Positions 1 to 13,500 of a stretch of 60,349 bases of DNA are shown piece by piece (the stretch's first letter is position 1; each line of letters begins with the position of its first letter). The position numbers and the translations under genes are program-made. This DNA is from Chara braunii (lineage: Eukaryota; Plantae; Charophyceae), in NCBI GenBank assembly GCA_003427395.1, contig BFEA01000017.1, positions 1,012,875 to 1,073,223 on the forward strand, given 5' to 3'. Under the pieces are notes generated by a model, which was not told the origin of the DNA, made no database searches, and saw only the letters and a program-made list of their open reading frames with translations.

Positions 1-1309
1 GGGTTAGTGGACCGAGGGTCGAGGGCTGGGGATTGGTTGTGCAGGGCACCGCAACATCGTGCACTCGCAGGCCCTGGCAGGCCCTGGCCCTTGGGGGTAG
101 GGCCTGTGGTGCAGATAGGGCTCATGCCGCTCAGTGGCTCACTGGCTCACCAGAGTCAGTGTTGAAGACCACCGTGGTTGGCGAACTTGGCGCCACTTGG
201 CAGTGCACGAGTAGAGTAGTAGTAGACTAGTAGTGCGGCTAATGCCGTGGTACGGGGTGTGGCCTTACGGGAAGTTGGGGACCTCGGGGCGTTGGGGAAC
301 TTAGGGTGGGGTTGGGGCCCTTGGGGGCCTCGGGGGCGGGGTTGTTCTGGTTACGCGTGAAGAGTTTGAAGACTCTGAAGAGTGTGAAAACACTGAAGAG
401 TGACCTCGTGCCGACGGGAGAGGAGGGGGGTCACGGTGGTTGACAACTTGGCACTCGTTGTTAACTTGTTGCTGCATTTGTACGAGTTCCTAGGTCGGTG
501 GTTGGTGTTGTCGTTATTGCGGCTGTTGCATGTGGTGCGGGCCCGGTGGGGGACCCAGGTGTAGTTCATGTTGCGGGGCATAACACGCCAAAAAGAAGAC
601 ATAACAGTAAAAATTGCACTGCCACACAAGAAAAGAAAAATACTCGCAAGAAACAAGATGCACGATTATGCGAGAGCATCGACACACACGCCGATACTCC
701 AAGTATGTACTCCATAATACAGGCTTTGTACAAAAGCCCTGTCGAACACAACTTCACACAAGTTAGACAACAAATGTTTCCAAATGGCGAATACAATGAT
801 ACATTGCATGATTGCGCTGAGACACGACCAAGTTGAATTAAGAAACAATCGCAAGTCTCACAAAAACAAGGTGAAAAACATATATACATCGTCAGGGATT
901 GTCGCTATTTTTTTTTTTTTCCAAAATGCGAATGAACACAGCAATGTCAACTTGTGAGTTGATAAAAGTTCATAAACCAGTACTTGCAAGAAACAAGATG
1001 TAGTATATACAACACTTCATCTAAGACAACAAAAGTTTAGATCATCCAAATACTCTATTCCGTATTGAAAATTCTATGAAAGGAACCCATGCTGAATCCA
1101 ACATGTCATAGGTTGTAATTAATCTACAGACTATACACTACTCATGCATCAAAGGCTGTACTTAGTCTAAAGACTCTGTGAATCTACAAAATTAATCATA
1201 TGATTGATATCCACATAATATCGTACATAAAAAAACCAATCATGGTCATGAAACTCATGACACTAGTCACGAATGTATGCACAACGTCAAACCAGCTGAA
1301 ACCAACAGA

Positions 1310-1394
<85 letters not shown>

Positions 1395-1398
1395 TTTA

Positions 1399-1446
<48 letters not shown>

Positions 1447-1806
1447 GCGTTTCCGCGTCCGAATGATNNNNNNNNNNNNNNNNNNNNNNNNNNNNNNNNN
1501 NNNNNNNNNNNNNNNNNNNNNNNNNNNNNNNNNNNNNNNNNNNNNNNNNNNNNNNNNNNNNNNNNNNNNNNNNNNNNNNNNNNNNNNNNNNNNNNNNNNN
1601 NNNNNNNNNNNNNNNNNNNNNNNNNNNNNNNNNNNNNNNNNNNNNNNNNNNNNNNNNNNNNNNNNNNNNNNNNNNNNNNNNNNNNNNNNNNNNNNNNNNN
1701 NNNNNNNNNNNNGCCTCCATTTTGTGCAGCAGCCACTGCGCCTAAGTTCGCCGATCAATGAGTGCAACAATTATTGTCGATGGTATGCCCTGCCCACGTG
1801 GCCGAG

Positions 1807-3735
1807 TCATGTCTTGCATTTGACTTGTCGACCTCGTCCATCATCTCCGTCCACCGCCCGTAATCTCAGTTTGTAATCGGAGTCCCCCGCATCATTTGTG
1901 CCTATAGTCTCCCCAGGGGCGACATTGGTGTTGTCATCGTGGACGATAAGTACACTACTGCGTTTCTTCTCACCATGTCGTGGAATCTCTGCTCCCTCCC
2001 TGCCGATGCGGTCCTCCATCGCCCTAGTCTTCGCTGCAATATCCAATGATGCCAATGCACCTCTCTCGGGTGCAATCTCTTCGTCTTCGAGATGCGCAGG
2101 GCTGAATCTCCTTCGATGGGAACGCATATGCGATGACGAATCTGATGTCTTCCTTGCCGCAACCTTCTTCCTCGCCCAAGAAAGAGTCACCTTCACGACC
2201 CTTGTCATAGCAACATTCGATATCTTCGTCGGCAAAGGACTACCATGCAGGTCCTCGTACTCTGTCATGGTTCTGTGGTGAGCGCCACTGACAGTCCCAA
2301 TGGATCGTGTCCACCTTGCCGGTACTGTTGACCTGCAACCAATCTAAACTCCCCGCTCGTCAAACCTCCTACCTGTGGCCCCGCTGTTGTCGAATGCCAC
2401 TCTCGTCATTACAGCAGCCAAGGATGAACCACGACTGCAAGGCCTAGGGTCATGCGGTGCTGTCGCCGATTACCCCGTCATAGGCTGCTGTATCGCATCC
2501 GTGGTGTCCGTGGCGGCGACACGCGTGACTGCGCCGACATCCGCGCCGACGGTGTGGTGCTCCGAATGTGATGGCGGATGTGGAGGTCCTGCTGCCCTGT
2601 CGACTGCGACACGTGCCACAAAGGCACCATCGTCCCGGCCACCAGATGCACGCAATTCATCAAACGAATCAGATAGACAGCGTTGTGCGATGCTGCGGGA
2701 AGCATTGTGGCAATGCCGTGTCGCCATCTCGGTTTTACCGAGGTCGACCTCGTGTGGTCTGCCCACATGGAAAACAGTGGGTGTGGCGGACATCATTGGA
2801 AGGAGTATCCTATCGCCACCAAACTCATCAAAGGCATCACGTGACTCACGTCCTCGATCCATGGTAACAAGCTGGTGTAGGTGAGGCGGTGACACGTGGG
2901 GTAAACTCAGAGATATCAAAGTGGACAAGTCTGGGAGAGAGTTGAGTGCAGAGTCCATTGCCAATAACTCGCCAATAGCTGAAAGACTGCCCGTGGGGCA
3001 TGCGATCCCAATATGGCCGTCGGCGCTCTGCTCTGGTGCAGGAGTGTGTGAGACATCCCCTTTCGGATGATCAACTGCTGGATATGCAACAACAATCTCC
3101 TCCATCAATGCAGGTGGTGCCGTGTCATTTGCATCTACTTCCTGTGTCTCTAAATGTTGCATAGCAAGTCCCCTCCCCCCGGTAGCGTGAGGCTGCAGTC
3201 CATGGATGCTGGAAGGTGCTGGAGTGTGTGAGACATCCCCTTCCGGGTGATCGACGGTTGGACACGCAACAACAGTCTCCTCTGTCAATGCGGCCGGTGT
3301 AGTTACATCTGCATTGGCTCCCTGTGTCTCCGAAAATATCATAGCAACTCTCTCCTTGGTGACGTCGGGTTGAACTCCATGAATGCTGTGAGGTGGGAGC
3401 ATACTCTCTTGCTCTGCCGCTTAGGTGTTCTTCTCATGTCTGAAGTCACTGCAGCTGCCTCCTGTCCGACTGCTGACGTGTGTCGATGCAATGGCGCAGC
3501 ACTACCCTCGACCTGCGGCACCACATCATCACTCTTGTCTCCCTCGATCTGAGGACGCTGCATCGATGGTCCGCTGCCTTCACGTGGTTTCGGGACTACT
3601 GCGGAGGACCCTGTCGTTTGCACTCTCTTCGTATCATTTCGTGCAGGACCGCCCCCATCATTCTCCCCGCTCTGCTTCTCGTGGGCGTCATCGCAGAAAG
3701 AATCCTCAAAAACTGAAATCTGAAACCCAAGCGCT
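1807..3735 (-). pseudogene. Degenerate low-complexity ORF region, probably the long 3' extension of a DNA transposon gene
   Basis: Consecutive minus-strand ORFs (1807-2268, 2470-3402, part of 3339-4058) rich in A/D/P/R/S with no recognisable domain; similar in style to the tail of the hAT at 15.6-17.3 kb; joined abruptly to gag sequence near 3735. Confidence 0.3.
3035..3400 (-). repeat. 180-bp (60-aa) in-frame internal duplication
   Basis: ggagtgtgtgagacatcccctt occurs at 3041 and 3221; peptide VDHP[EK]GDVSHTPAP appears twice. Confidence 0.85.
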
Positions 3736-4713
3736 ACCATTTGAATGTCTGAGACGGATCTCAAGCGTTGGTACTCGACAATCCAATCAACACTCGGCAA
3801 CGTGCCTTGCTCGAAGACCATCAGCTTATCCATTGCCTTGATTTTTGGCGGCTCTACTTGGAACCGCTTATGCCACGCCGCGTTTAGATCATCCCAGTTG
3901 ATCTTGGTATGCAAGTCGGTAGCTACCACTCCGTAGTTGGACAAGAGATTGTCCAACCATGCTTGGCATGCGCCCCCCGAGTGGGAGTATAAGTACCCGT
4001 GGTGCTTTGTTATTTGACGTAGTGTAGCTGCAACGTGAGGTCGACGTTGCGGAACCATGAAATCGGATCCGTCTTCGTCGAGTAACAGAAAATCTCCTGC
4101 CCATTGAACTTTGGAGCTGTCTCGCGCGGTCCCGAGCTCGGGTGGTTGGCAACAGTACAGATCCGCTGCTCCAACTGTTGCGTTGCGGTTTGCTGTAACT
4201 GCACGCCGTCCTTGAGGGATCCGACGTCAGTCTCCAATGCCTCAAGGCGATCGAAGGTGTTGGAAGAGTTGACATCGGGGGCGGCGACGGGTCGCTGCTC
4301 CAAATGCCAAAGGCGGCTGTGGACTTGAGTCATCGCGTCCTCGAGGCTGTGGATGTCCTCCTGCTGTGTAATGCATGTTGCAAGATGGGAGAGGAGCAGA
4401 GCGATCTTGTTTTCACTCTATTCCATCTTGCCATTCCCCGCCTCGGCCCGCCAATCCGCTTACATTGTGAGAAAAGCTTGCTCTCCGCTGAATACTTCTC
4501 GCGACGTTGAACTCGTTTTTCATCGGCAGCCTTTGCTTCATCCTCGTAGTGTTGGCGTTGTTGTTCAATTGTCAGCAGACGTGCCTTCTCGGCGTCCTCT
4601 GTCTTCTTCTTTGTTGCGGCTGCTACAGCATCCGACCGTTGCTTAGCTTCGGTAATCAAAAGCAGCATCTGGGCATGATAGGCCTCGTCCGTTTCCTTGG
4701 ACTTCTGGTCCAT
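3736..4713 (-). pseudogene. gag: Retrotransposon gag remnant (frameshifted)
   Basis: Fragments 4330-4740, 4010-4333, 3339-4058: coiled-coil, PKFNGQEIF..DPISWFR, G.ACQAWLD, WDDLNAAWHKRFQ, DWIVEYQRL, typical of the retrotransposon gag domain. Confidence 0.7.
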
Positions 4714-5327
4714 GACGGCTGTTTGTGAGCGCAAAAGCATAGACCAGGCCGGGGGCCTGCTGACGTGGTACTCCTTGCTGTTGACGTGTTCTGCTGATGT
4801 GGTCCGCTGACGTGGCCTGCTGACGTAGTCTGCTGACCTGGCAACTCGCTAATGCCGCCGCAGGGGGTACCCGGAGACAGATAGAGAAGGTAAGACAAGA
4901 GGGGGCAACAACATAGGGGAGGGGTGGGTGGGGATAAATCGCCCAGATAAGGAGCCACTAATAAAAAAAGAAAAGTTTGAAGTTTGCAAAAAAAAAATCG
5001 AGAAAAATAAAAATCCCGAGTTTTGCAAGTTCAAAGGAGATCGAAATTTTAGAGAAAAAGATATTTCAGATTTCCAACAACGAAATTTCCGATTTTCAAA
5101 AGAAAACGAAAACGAAAATTTCAGATGTTGCGCTATTGCAATTTTCCACAACTAATATAATGGGAAAACAAAATCCAAGAAAAGAAAAAAAAATTCGATT
5201 TTCGGCAGTGAGGTCAAAATCGTGATTTTGGGGGCTAACTAGTGTGCTCTAATCAATGAATCAAGCCTAATCAGCTACCTAGTCCCCCCACACGTGTCAG
5301 AGCAGGTTGTCCTGATTCACGTGTGGC

Positions 5328-5339
5328 GCTCCGATAACA
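5328..5339 (-). promoter_or_regulatory. Primer-binding site, tRNA-iMet type
   Basis: Minus strand TGTTATCGGAGC, 10/12 to canonical TGGTATCAGAGC, 2 nt from the LTR end. Confidence 0.7.
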
Positions 5340-5341
5340 AC

Positions 5342-5825
5342 TGTTGCATGCCCAGTTGGGCGATGTACATATAAACCAAGAATCCGCAATGTGATGAAAA
5401 GGACTGAATGGACAATGCAGTGCAAGTGGAATCTCAACAAGCAGTGTACATCCTGATACATACGAAATGGTGTCTTATAGTGCAGTGGAAGATTTAGATA
5501 CAAGTCCTGACCTGACCGGGACTGACCTCTTTCACGTAGTACAAGATAGCGAAGCAGAATGCTAGAATACTAATGACTAGCCCCAATCAATGTTTCAATG
5601 CAGACCAAACATACATCATGCTCATCACAAGGTGTGAAGGGGCCTGACGCTATACACAGGAAAGAGGCGCCAGGTCCAGACATACACAGCCGAAGAGGAG
5701 GGGATCGGACGTAGAGGAGGAAGGTGGAGATGGGAAAGTCGTCAACACCGAGTCTCGTTACGAGTCTCAAATAATCCCTCCTCAAAATGTCTGAAGTCCA
5801 ATGTCGAGTCTGTATCCAAATGTCA

Positions 5826-5896
<71 letters not shown>

Positions 5897-6714
5897 CTAC
5901 TGATGTAGTCTGCTGATGTAGTGAAGCAAGATAGCGAGAGGGTGAGAAGGAGATGGTGGACTGAGAAGAGGAAGAAGAAAAACTCTCTCTCTCTCATGTG
6001 CCAGGTACTAACCTGTGAAGATGGCGCTGTGCTGCAGGTACCTCGAAGACGAAGCTGGAGCAATGGCGCTGCAGGTAAGTCTCTCTGGCGTCCGCCCAAT
6101 CTCTCTCTCTATAGTACTACTCCAGCTGCTACTAGCGCCCAACGGTGAAGACTAATGCTAACGCTACTCCTACTCCTGCAACGCTCCTCCAGAGTGCTGC
6201 CGCCGAATCCTGAAGACTACCTCCTGCGTCCTAAACTGCACGTGAAGTGCCTGGGAAGTACCTAGGAACTACCTGCCTGCCTGCAGGGCGGGCCAGTCCT
6301 ATATAGTGCTAGCCCGTCCAGGAGGCTGCTCGTGCCAATGCCGAAACGTGCCAGACCCTGGCGCTGAAGCTTAACCAGGGGTTGTCTTGAAAACAGGCCC
6401 AAAATGGCCTGTGCTAAAACCCTGGTTTGTTGCCTGAGTTTCAGGGCAGGTCGAACTGATGAGGGGCCGAAAATGGCCCTCAGTTTCAGGCTGGCCGGAA
6501 AGGCCCTGATTTAGCCTGAAACGACACAGGGCCTGTAGGCCCTTGTTTTCAGGCTTTCAGGCTGAAACAGCACAGGGCCTGTAGGCCCTTGTTTTCAGGC
6601 TTTCAGGCTGAAACGACACAGGGCATGTAGGCCCTTGTTTTCAGGCTTTTGGCCTGAAAACGTCACAAGCCTGGAAATGGCCCGTGCAGCCTGTTGCAGG
6701 CGCAGCATGTAACA
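5342..6714 (-). repeat. Long terminal repeat (1373 bp)
   Basis: Starts TGTTGCATGC, ends GCATGTAACA (9/10 inverted match, TG...CA); TATA-like ctatatag near 6300; adjacent PBS. Confidence 0.75.
6516..6660. repeat. 46-bp tandem repeat x3 within the LTR
   Basis: Unit ctgaaacgacacagggcctgtaggcccttgttttcaggctttcagg. Confidence 0.9.
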
Positions 6715-6844
6715 CAAATAGCAACCCACCTGCTGTTGTCGTGTTGGCTACTGCTTGCCGCTCACCGACGGGTAGGCGCGGGGGGGAGGTGGGGTTAAAT
6801 AGCTGGCGTGACACTCTTTAACACCAACGTGCCGCACTATACAG

Positions 6845-6935
6845 ACATGGATATAATTTGGTCAGTGTGTTAATTCTTTGGCTATGCATGCGCATGGCAG
6901 GCAGCTGCCCAGGTTCAAATCCTAGCAGCCACACT
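6845..6935 (+). mobile_element. Possible degenerate tRNA-derived SINE head
   Basis: B-box GGTTCAAATCC at ~6912 inside hairpin gctgcccagg..cctagcagc; only a weak A-box upstream. Confidence 0.3.
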
Positions 6936-7247
6936 CTCAGATATTGATATAACATAATCCTCGAGTGGGGTGGGCGGGCCAGTGGGGCAGTGGGGCCATG
7001 TGGCACATGCGTGTGCGGCGGCCTTGGCCTTTGCGGTGAAAAACAACACTTAGTCTATCCCTTTTCAGTGTTTTCACCACGTGTCACTGCCTGGGCGCTC
7101 CATCTTTTTTTGGCACCTTTGTGGCGAAAAACACCCCGAAATCCCGCTATCGGGATTGCAAGCCTGGTGACTATTTGTGTGTGTGGGGGGGGGACACAAC
7201 AACGCAGAGGCGCCCGTCGGGGAGGAGCGGGGCGGGGACGGTTCAGA

Positions 7248-7979
7248 CTCTAATACCACTGTGACGGATCCGCCGGGATGGCAGTCTGTGAGGATGACGA
7301 CGAAGGGGTGAGGATGACGGAGATGGAGATGGAGCTGGAAGACACAGACTTAACACGCATGTACTCCAAAGTGTGCAAAACGAAGAATGAGCTGAAACAG
7401 ACTGCAGCTTGGGTATACCGCCAGCGGACTGACTGGACTGGCCTGGCCTGGTCTGGTACCGGCAGTGGTACCCGGCAGGACTGGACTGGACTGAATGAGC
7501 ACACGGCCTGTGGCGACAGGCCACGGCCTGGTCCCACAGGGCGAACAGGCAAAATAGCCTGATAGTTCTGGCTCTAGGCCAGGGCATCTAGAGGTACGCT
7601 GCACATTTTGCCCCAAATCCATTCAGGGAAACGGGCCTGGCTTGCAAAGAGTTTTTCCGCCCTACGCACCAGCATGCCTGGCGTGATTCTGCAAAATGCC
7701 TGGGAAATGTACTGGTGGCTTCCAGCGGATGCAGCTGCCCTCTGGCAACTCTGGGTTGTGATGTATAAACTTATAGAGGTATGTATGACCTGGCATAATT
7801 TTGCCAGGGTACGACACCAGGTCCACTTGCGCCTGCCTCCTATGACTCTTTTTTTTTTCTTTTTCTTTTAATAGCCCAGGGTGTTGTATAGGCTGGTTAC
7901 TAGGCACACATTGATCGCCTGGAGCGGCCAGCCATAGCTGTCCTGAGGGAACGAGGCTACTTCTCATCCTATCCTCACG
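7248..7979 (-). mobile_element. Second LTR fragment with tRNA-Met PBS
   Basis: ctctaatacca (minus TGGTATTAGAG) at 7248-7258 directly before TGTGACGGAT at 7260; candidate far end atcctcacg ~7979, uncertain. Confidence 0.5.
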
Positions 7980-8399
7980 TCAATACTCCTAGAGCACCCC
8001 CTATCTGTACTATCCTACCTCAGTGTCCCTCCTACGACTTCAAATTTCAAAAAAAAAAAACGGACATTTTTTTTCCCGTTTTCGTTTTGTCCTCACGAGG
8101 CCCCAGGGCCTTCTGACAGCTTCGATATTGTCCCTATCGTATCCCCCTTTTTATCCCCCCAACTAGCATATTCCCTCCTTCCTCCCTCCCCCTACCATAT
8201 CCCCTAGTAACTCCTCCTACATTCACACAATTGATCTAGTACCTACAAAGATCATTTGCATTTCCTGGATGCCATGAGCTAACCTCAATGCTCCCAAGGA
8301 CTTCCGACCTAGACTATCCTTACTCGGGCCACCAGAGGATGTTTCTGATGGCCCCCCCCAAGGCCAAGGTCCAACTTACGACAACTCAAGGCCCACTCT

Positions 8400-8570
8400 T
8401 CTTTTTTTTCTTCCTTCCTTTCTTCCTTTTTACAAGAAAACTTCAGACCCCATGAGCCTGCCTGCTGAACGAGGTGGTACGAACATCCCCGTTAACCAGG
8501 GCCGGTATTGAAGGCTCCATCCATTTGTGAGGAGCAGTACCTGCTGGAAATGGTGTCCAGCGTCCCTATA
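8400..8570 (-). mobile_element. Retroposed LINE/SINE 3' end
   Basis: Degenerate T-rich tail at 8400-8431 and the conserved stem-loop motif (8523-8567) also found in the 3' UTR of the LINE at 46.6 kb. Confidence 0.5.
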
Positions 8571-10599
8571 CTTGTCAAAACCAATTGTTTAGTAGTGAAG
8601 CCCATGTTCACAGACACGAGTCATGCCTGACATCAGTGAGATATCATCGACGTGGCAATCTATGCTAGACTGTGGCTCTTGTGTTCTGATTCTGGAGAAG
8701 ATTCGGGGCACTCGACCCTGTGACTTGTGACTTGGGACATCAAGGCCCGATCTCTTTATCTCTGTCTCACTGGCCGCCTGTTGGGCCCCTTCAATCAATA
8801 GCTTCATCTCTCCTCCCCCCTTTTTTTTTTCCTTTTTTTTTTTGTGAATAGCTTTATTTTTTCAAGGTTGCCCTTCTTTTCTTTCTCTCCTTCCTTTTAC
8901 TCTACACGTATATGGACTGTTTATGGAGCAGATATATATTCCCATGGATCAGAGATTCGAATGTATTGAGACCACTTGTAGCTCCACATGCATTTAGGAT
9001 GCTGTGCAGAGGAGCAAGGCCTTTGTTGGTGTGTCAGTCTGTCTCTGTGTCTCTGTCTGTCTGTGTCGGTGTCTGTCTGTCTGTGTCTGTCTGTGTTTGT
9101 CTGTGTCGGTGTCTGTGTATCTCTGTGTTCTCTTTTTTTTTTTTTTTTTTTTTTTGCAAGAAAACAGTGACCTCTATTTGAGGGGGTGGTATGAGCAACC
9201 TCCTTAGGCTAGTAACTGTCTGTGTGTTGTCATATTCACTATACACTCAGAAAAAAGCATGACTGTGCCAGACTGTTGGTAGGACTGTCACCAACCCATC
9301 AGGAGGTTGAATATGGACGGACGGGCTGACCAGGATGGATGCATTTGACTGATGGATAAGGACTCACTACATCGCCCAGTGTTTCTATTTGCATGGGAGA
9401 TGCGTTGTTCAGACAAAGGGAAAGAAAAGAGGAAAATGTAGGGAGGATTGTGTGACAGTTTTGTTTTTTTGTTTTTTCCTTTTTTTTTCCTTTTCTCTTT
9501 TTTGTTTCTCTTGGGTGGTTTCAATTCGTCCTTTTTTTTCTTTTTTTTTTCATTCTTTCTTTTTATTCCAAGCGGAAAACAAGAGGCTGGGGACCTCACA
9601 ATTCAACCCGGAGTTATCCCGGCAGCATCAGCCGGTCTCGCTTACAGCCATCCGGCTGGGAAAACTACTTACAAGTTACAACTAATAACCCTTGGAATTT
9701 TCAAAACAGAAAACAGAGGCCAGACCAAATCTAGACCGCTGTCCTGAAATCCCGTCCCCTGGTAATTAATGCATGCACCAGGCCTGAAAAGCCAAACAAG
9801 CCAAAAGCCTCCAACAACCAACCTGCCGGAGGCCAGAAAAGCCAAACAATTCAAACTGACGCTGGTCGGACCTGGGGTGAGCTGCATTGCCCTGTAACCC
9901 AGCAGAAGTGGGGGTGTGAGACCTAGAAGAGATCGGCAGAGAGCTTGACAGTTTTGGAAAACGTTGGAAGGGTTTGTGCGGGATTTCAAATTTTTTGGAA
10001 CAATCTTAGGACCTCTGTGGCCTGTTCTCTTGCCTCTGGAACGACGGTAAGAGTTCTCAGTTTCTTCAAAAAGAAAATAAGGTGAGTTGGAGAAGNNNNN
10101 NNNNNNNNNNNNNNNNNNNNNNNNNNNNNNNNNNNNNNNNNNNNNNNNNNNNNNNNNNNNNNNNNNNNNNNNNNNNNNNNNNNNNNNNNNNNNNNNNNNN
10201 NNNNNNNNNNNNNNNNNNNNNNNNNNNNNNNNNNNNNNNNNNNNNNNNNNNNNNNNNNNNNNNNNNNNNNNNNNNNNNNNNNNNNNNNNNNNNNNNNNNN
10301 NNNNNNNNNNNNNNNNNNNNNNNNNNNNNNNNNNNNNNNNNNNNNNNNNNNNNNNNNNNNNNNNNNNNNNNNNNNNNNNNNNNNNNNNNNNNNNNNNNNN
10401 NNNNNNNNNNNATCTACCTACTTAAATCTAGCCTAATTATTCCTGCTTATTCGACGGTAGCCCAGTCCGACCAGCCCAGTGATGTAAAGGGCGCTCCTTC
10501 CTCATTTCCGAATTCCCCCCGCCTTCCTCCTGTGGAAACTAGAACCGAGTGCCCAGGTTCCTACTGTCTACTTGGTCCAAAAACAATCTGCCAAGACTA

Positions 10600-13500
10600 G
10601 CCTACCTTCCGCCAATCTCGCAATCTTCCCTCCCAGTCCCCATGTTTCTCCAAACCATTCCCCAGATCTAGTTCTACCTTAAAGTTTCCTCTTCCAATCA
10701 GCCTGGACAATGCGTCGCAGCCTCTCGCAGGGAACCTCTGAAGGAAGCTCTGATTTCCTTGTTGGTCATTTCAATGCCTTCAAACATGTACTTGTTTCTT
10801 CCTTTCCATATGACATCACAGCCAACTGCTCGGGCCGCTTGGGCAACATAGCCCCACCTCTTGTTGAGTTGCAAGTTATCCGGCAGACCTCCCAGCAGGA
10901 CCCAGTCTCAATTCTGTGGCAGGCAATCACCTCAAATTCCATCCCAGAAGACCTTCCACCAGTCCCAAATTCTGAGTGAAGTCGGGCAATCATACCACAA
11001 GTGAGTGGTTGACTCGAATGCCCAATTACATATTTTGCAGGTCATTTTGATCTGAAGACCACGTTGGGCCAAGTTAACTGCTGATGGGGTAGCCAGTAAT
11101 GACAACAACCAAAGATTAACCTCGAGTCTCGGGTTGGGGGCTAGCACCAATTGATTCCAACAATGAGATAGAGCTTTCTCAATAGATTGATGACTCTTAT
11201 CTACGACCTGACCCCATCTCCTTACTGCTACTTCCATGGGTTTACGAAATGGAATTTGAGAGGCGTAGCCCAATTCAGTTAAATACAGGTGAAGTGGTAG
11301 GTCTTCTCCACCGTTTCCTTCTCCTTTCCAACCCCACATCTTGGGATCCACTTTCAGATCCTGAATAGCTGACCCACCTGCAAAACCCTGACAGTCCCAG
11401 TTCCCATCCTCGTCACACGTTTCCCATACTCGTATCTGAGCTAGGGTAATTCCCAACGGTGGGTTGGTGTGTTCATTAATTTGAGCCAAGACTTTTGGTT
11501 TATCTGAATTGATTCCTTCCCATTGCTGCAAAACTCTTTTCCTAGTTGGCTCGATCTCTGTCAATTTCCAGAACGAAAGGTCAGAGGCAACATTGCGAGA
11601 AACATACCATGTACCAGGGGGTTCAATGCCCTCTAGACATAAGATCATTCTCCATTGCAGGGGAATAGCTTGGATTACATCTGTAAGTCTTTCCTCAATG
11701 TACCAGACCGAACCCAAGTATTCCCTCGATGCAGAAGGAGTTTTCCATTGGCCTTCCCAGATTCCAGATGTCACTGATTCTCAGTACCCCCTTTTCGATC
11801 CAGACCCTCCCGAAGCTACTGCGTGACGAATCAGCAGCAAACCGGTTGTCGTTCTGTTTCCTGATTTGCAGATTTTCAAAAAGGGGCTGGAGTAAGATCT
11901 CGGCCTTAGTTGTCGGGTTAGCCCACAAATTTGGTTTCAACTGTTTCCAGGCCAGCATAATTGCTTTCCAGAACTCATACTCAATCTGGCGGTTTTGGTA
12001 GGACAACAGGAGGAAACAAGTCCAAACATCGGAAGGGCGGGATAGGTTTCATTCATTCGCCAAGATGATTTTCGCCAGGGAAATCCAGTGTGACTCCTCA
12101 GTTGAGCAAATACCTTTAATTGCCCATCTAACCTGCATTGCAATCCCCTTGCATTGGGGGTCGATTAAACCAAGCCCTCCTTCCTCTTTGGGAAAGCACA
12201 GCAAATCCCAGGCCACATTGGACGTAAAGCCCTGCTCGGCTGTAGCATATGGTTTCCATATAAACTTAGCAGCCCTTCGGCGGAGCAGAGAACACAAATG
12301 TCTGCCTAAGGGTATGACAGCAGCTACAAACCAAAGTAGGGAAAAAAGTGCACTGTTAATTACCAAAACTCTGCCAAAAACAGAAAGATGGTGAGCTCTG
12401 CCCCAAGTTGTTGCCCTTTGCAGCGAGCGTTGTAGCAGGATTCCCTCCTGATCCACACTGCATGACAACAAGGATACTTGTACTCCCAAGAACCTTTCCA
12501 ATTGATCAGTCTCAATACGTTTCATTCCCCAGTTCACAACCGGAGTAAAGACTCTTGGGAGGAAAAAAAATGATTTGGCCCAGTTGACTGGGGCCTCCGA
12601 TAGTTTTGAATGTTCATCCAAACATCCTTTCAGGGTGTTCATTGACCTCTGAGAGTTCTCAGAGATGGTCATCTGCCAATGCTTTGACTTTGCATTGGGA
12701 GGTGCCCGCCTCGAGACCTTTAATATATGGATTTGAGCAACGTTGCACAACAAGTTCTCCATCTGAATTACAAAAAGGAGGGGAGCCAAAGGGAAGCCCT
12801 GCTGAAGAGATCTCGTCAGCGGAACGGAGGTAGATCTAAACCCATTAACCATAACAGAGGTCGTAGATAAGGAGTAAAGGGTCAGGACCCAGTTACACAA
12901 ACTTTCGCCGAAACCTACATAGCGCAGTGTAGTCAAGATTTACTTCCAATTTACACGGTCGTATGCCTTTTTGAGATCTAGCATTAAAATTGAGAGGTTA
13001 GCTTGGGTATTTTTAACCACTTCAAGGGCCTCAATGGCCGTGACAATATTCTCAAATATAGATCGGCCCTAAACAAAAGCAGCTTGGTTTTTCTGAATCA
13101 AGGTCGGGAGGTGTCTGCCCAAACGTCTAGCTAAAAGTTTTGCTAAAAGTTTGTAGGAAACATTTAGGACAGAGATAGGGCGCCAATTTCTTATTTCAGA
13201 CCAGTCGCCCTTCTTGTATAGTAAAGATATAATCTCGTTCCTCATTCCTATTGATAAGTTACCTCCAAGCAAAACCTGATTATAGATTTCTACAAGCTCC
13301 TCTTTGATCACATCCCAAATAACAAGATAAAGTTCGACAAGTAGGCCATTGTTGCCTGGGGCTTTGTCCCTCGCCATTGAATTCAGTGCTTTCCTGCTTC
13401 TTCAATAGATACCGGGCGGTCCATATCCAATGTGCCTTGAGTGAAGAGTCTTTCTCCAAAGTGGATCCAGTGATTCAAATTTTTCGATAAGTATGTGGTT

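Larger units (their letters stand above)
3736..6714 (-). mobile_element. Truncated Ty3/gypsy-type LTR retrotransposon (5' LTR, PBS, gag remnant; pol absent)
   Basis: LTR with terminal inverted decamer, adjacent tRNA-Met-type PBS, then coiled-coil and gag-like ORF fragments on the minus strand. Confidence 0.75.

Noticed and set aside
6452-6490. Hammerhead-like CTGATGAG..GAAA
   Set aside because: GAAA lies in the hairpin loop rather than after stem II; stems I and III are absent
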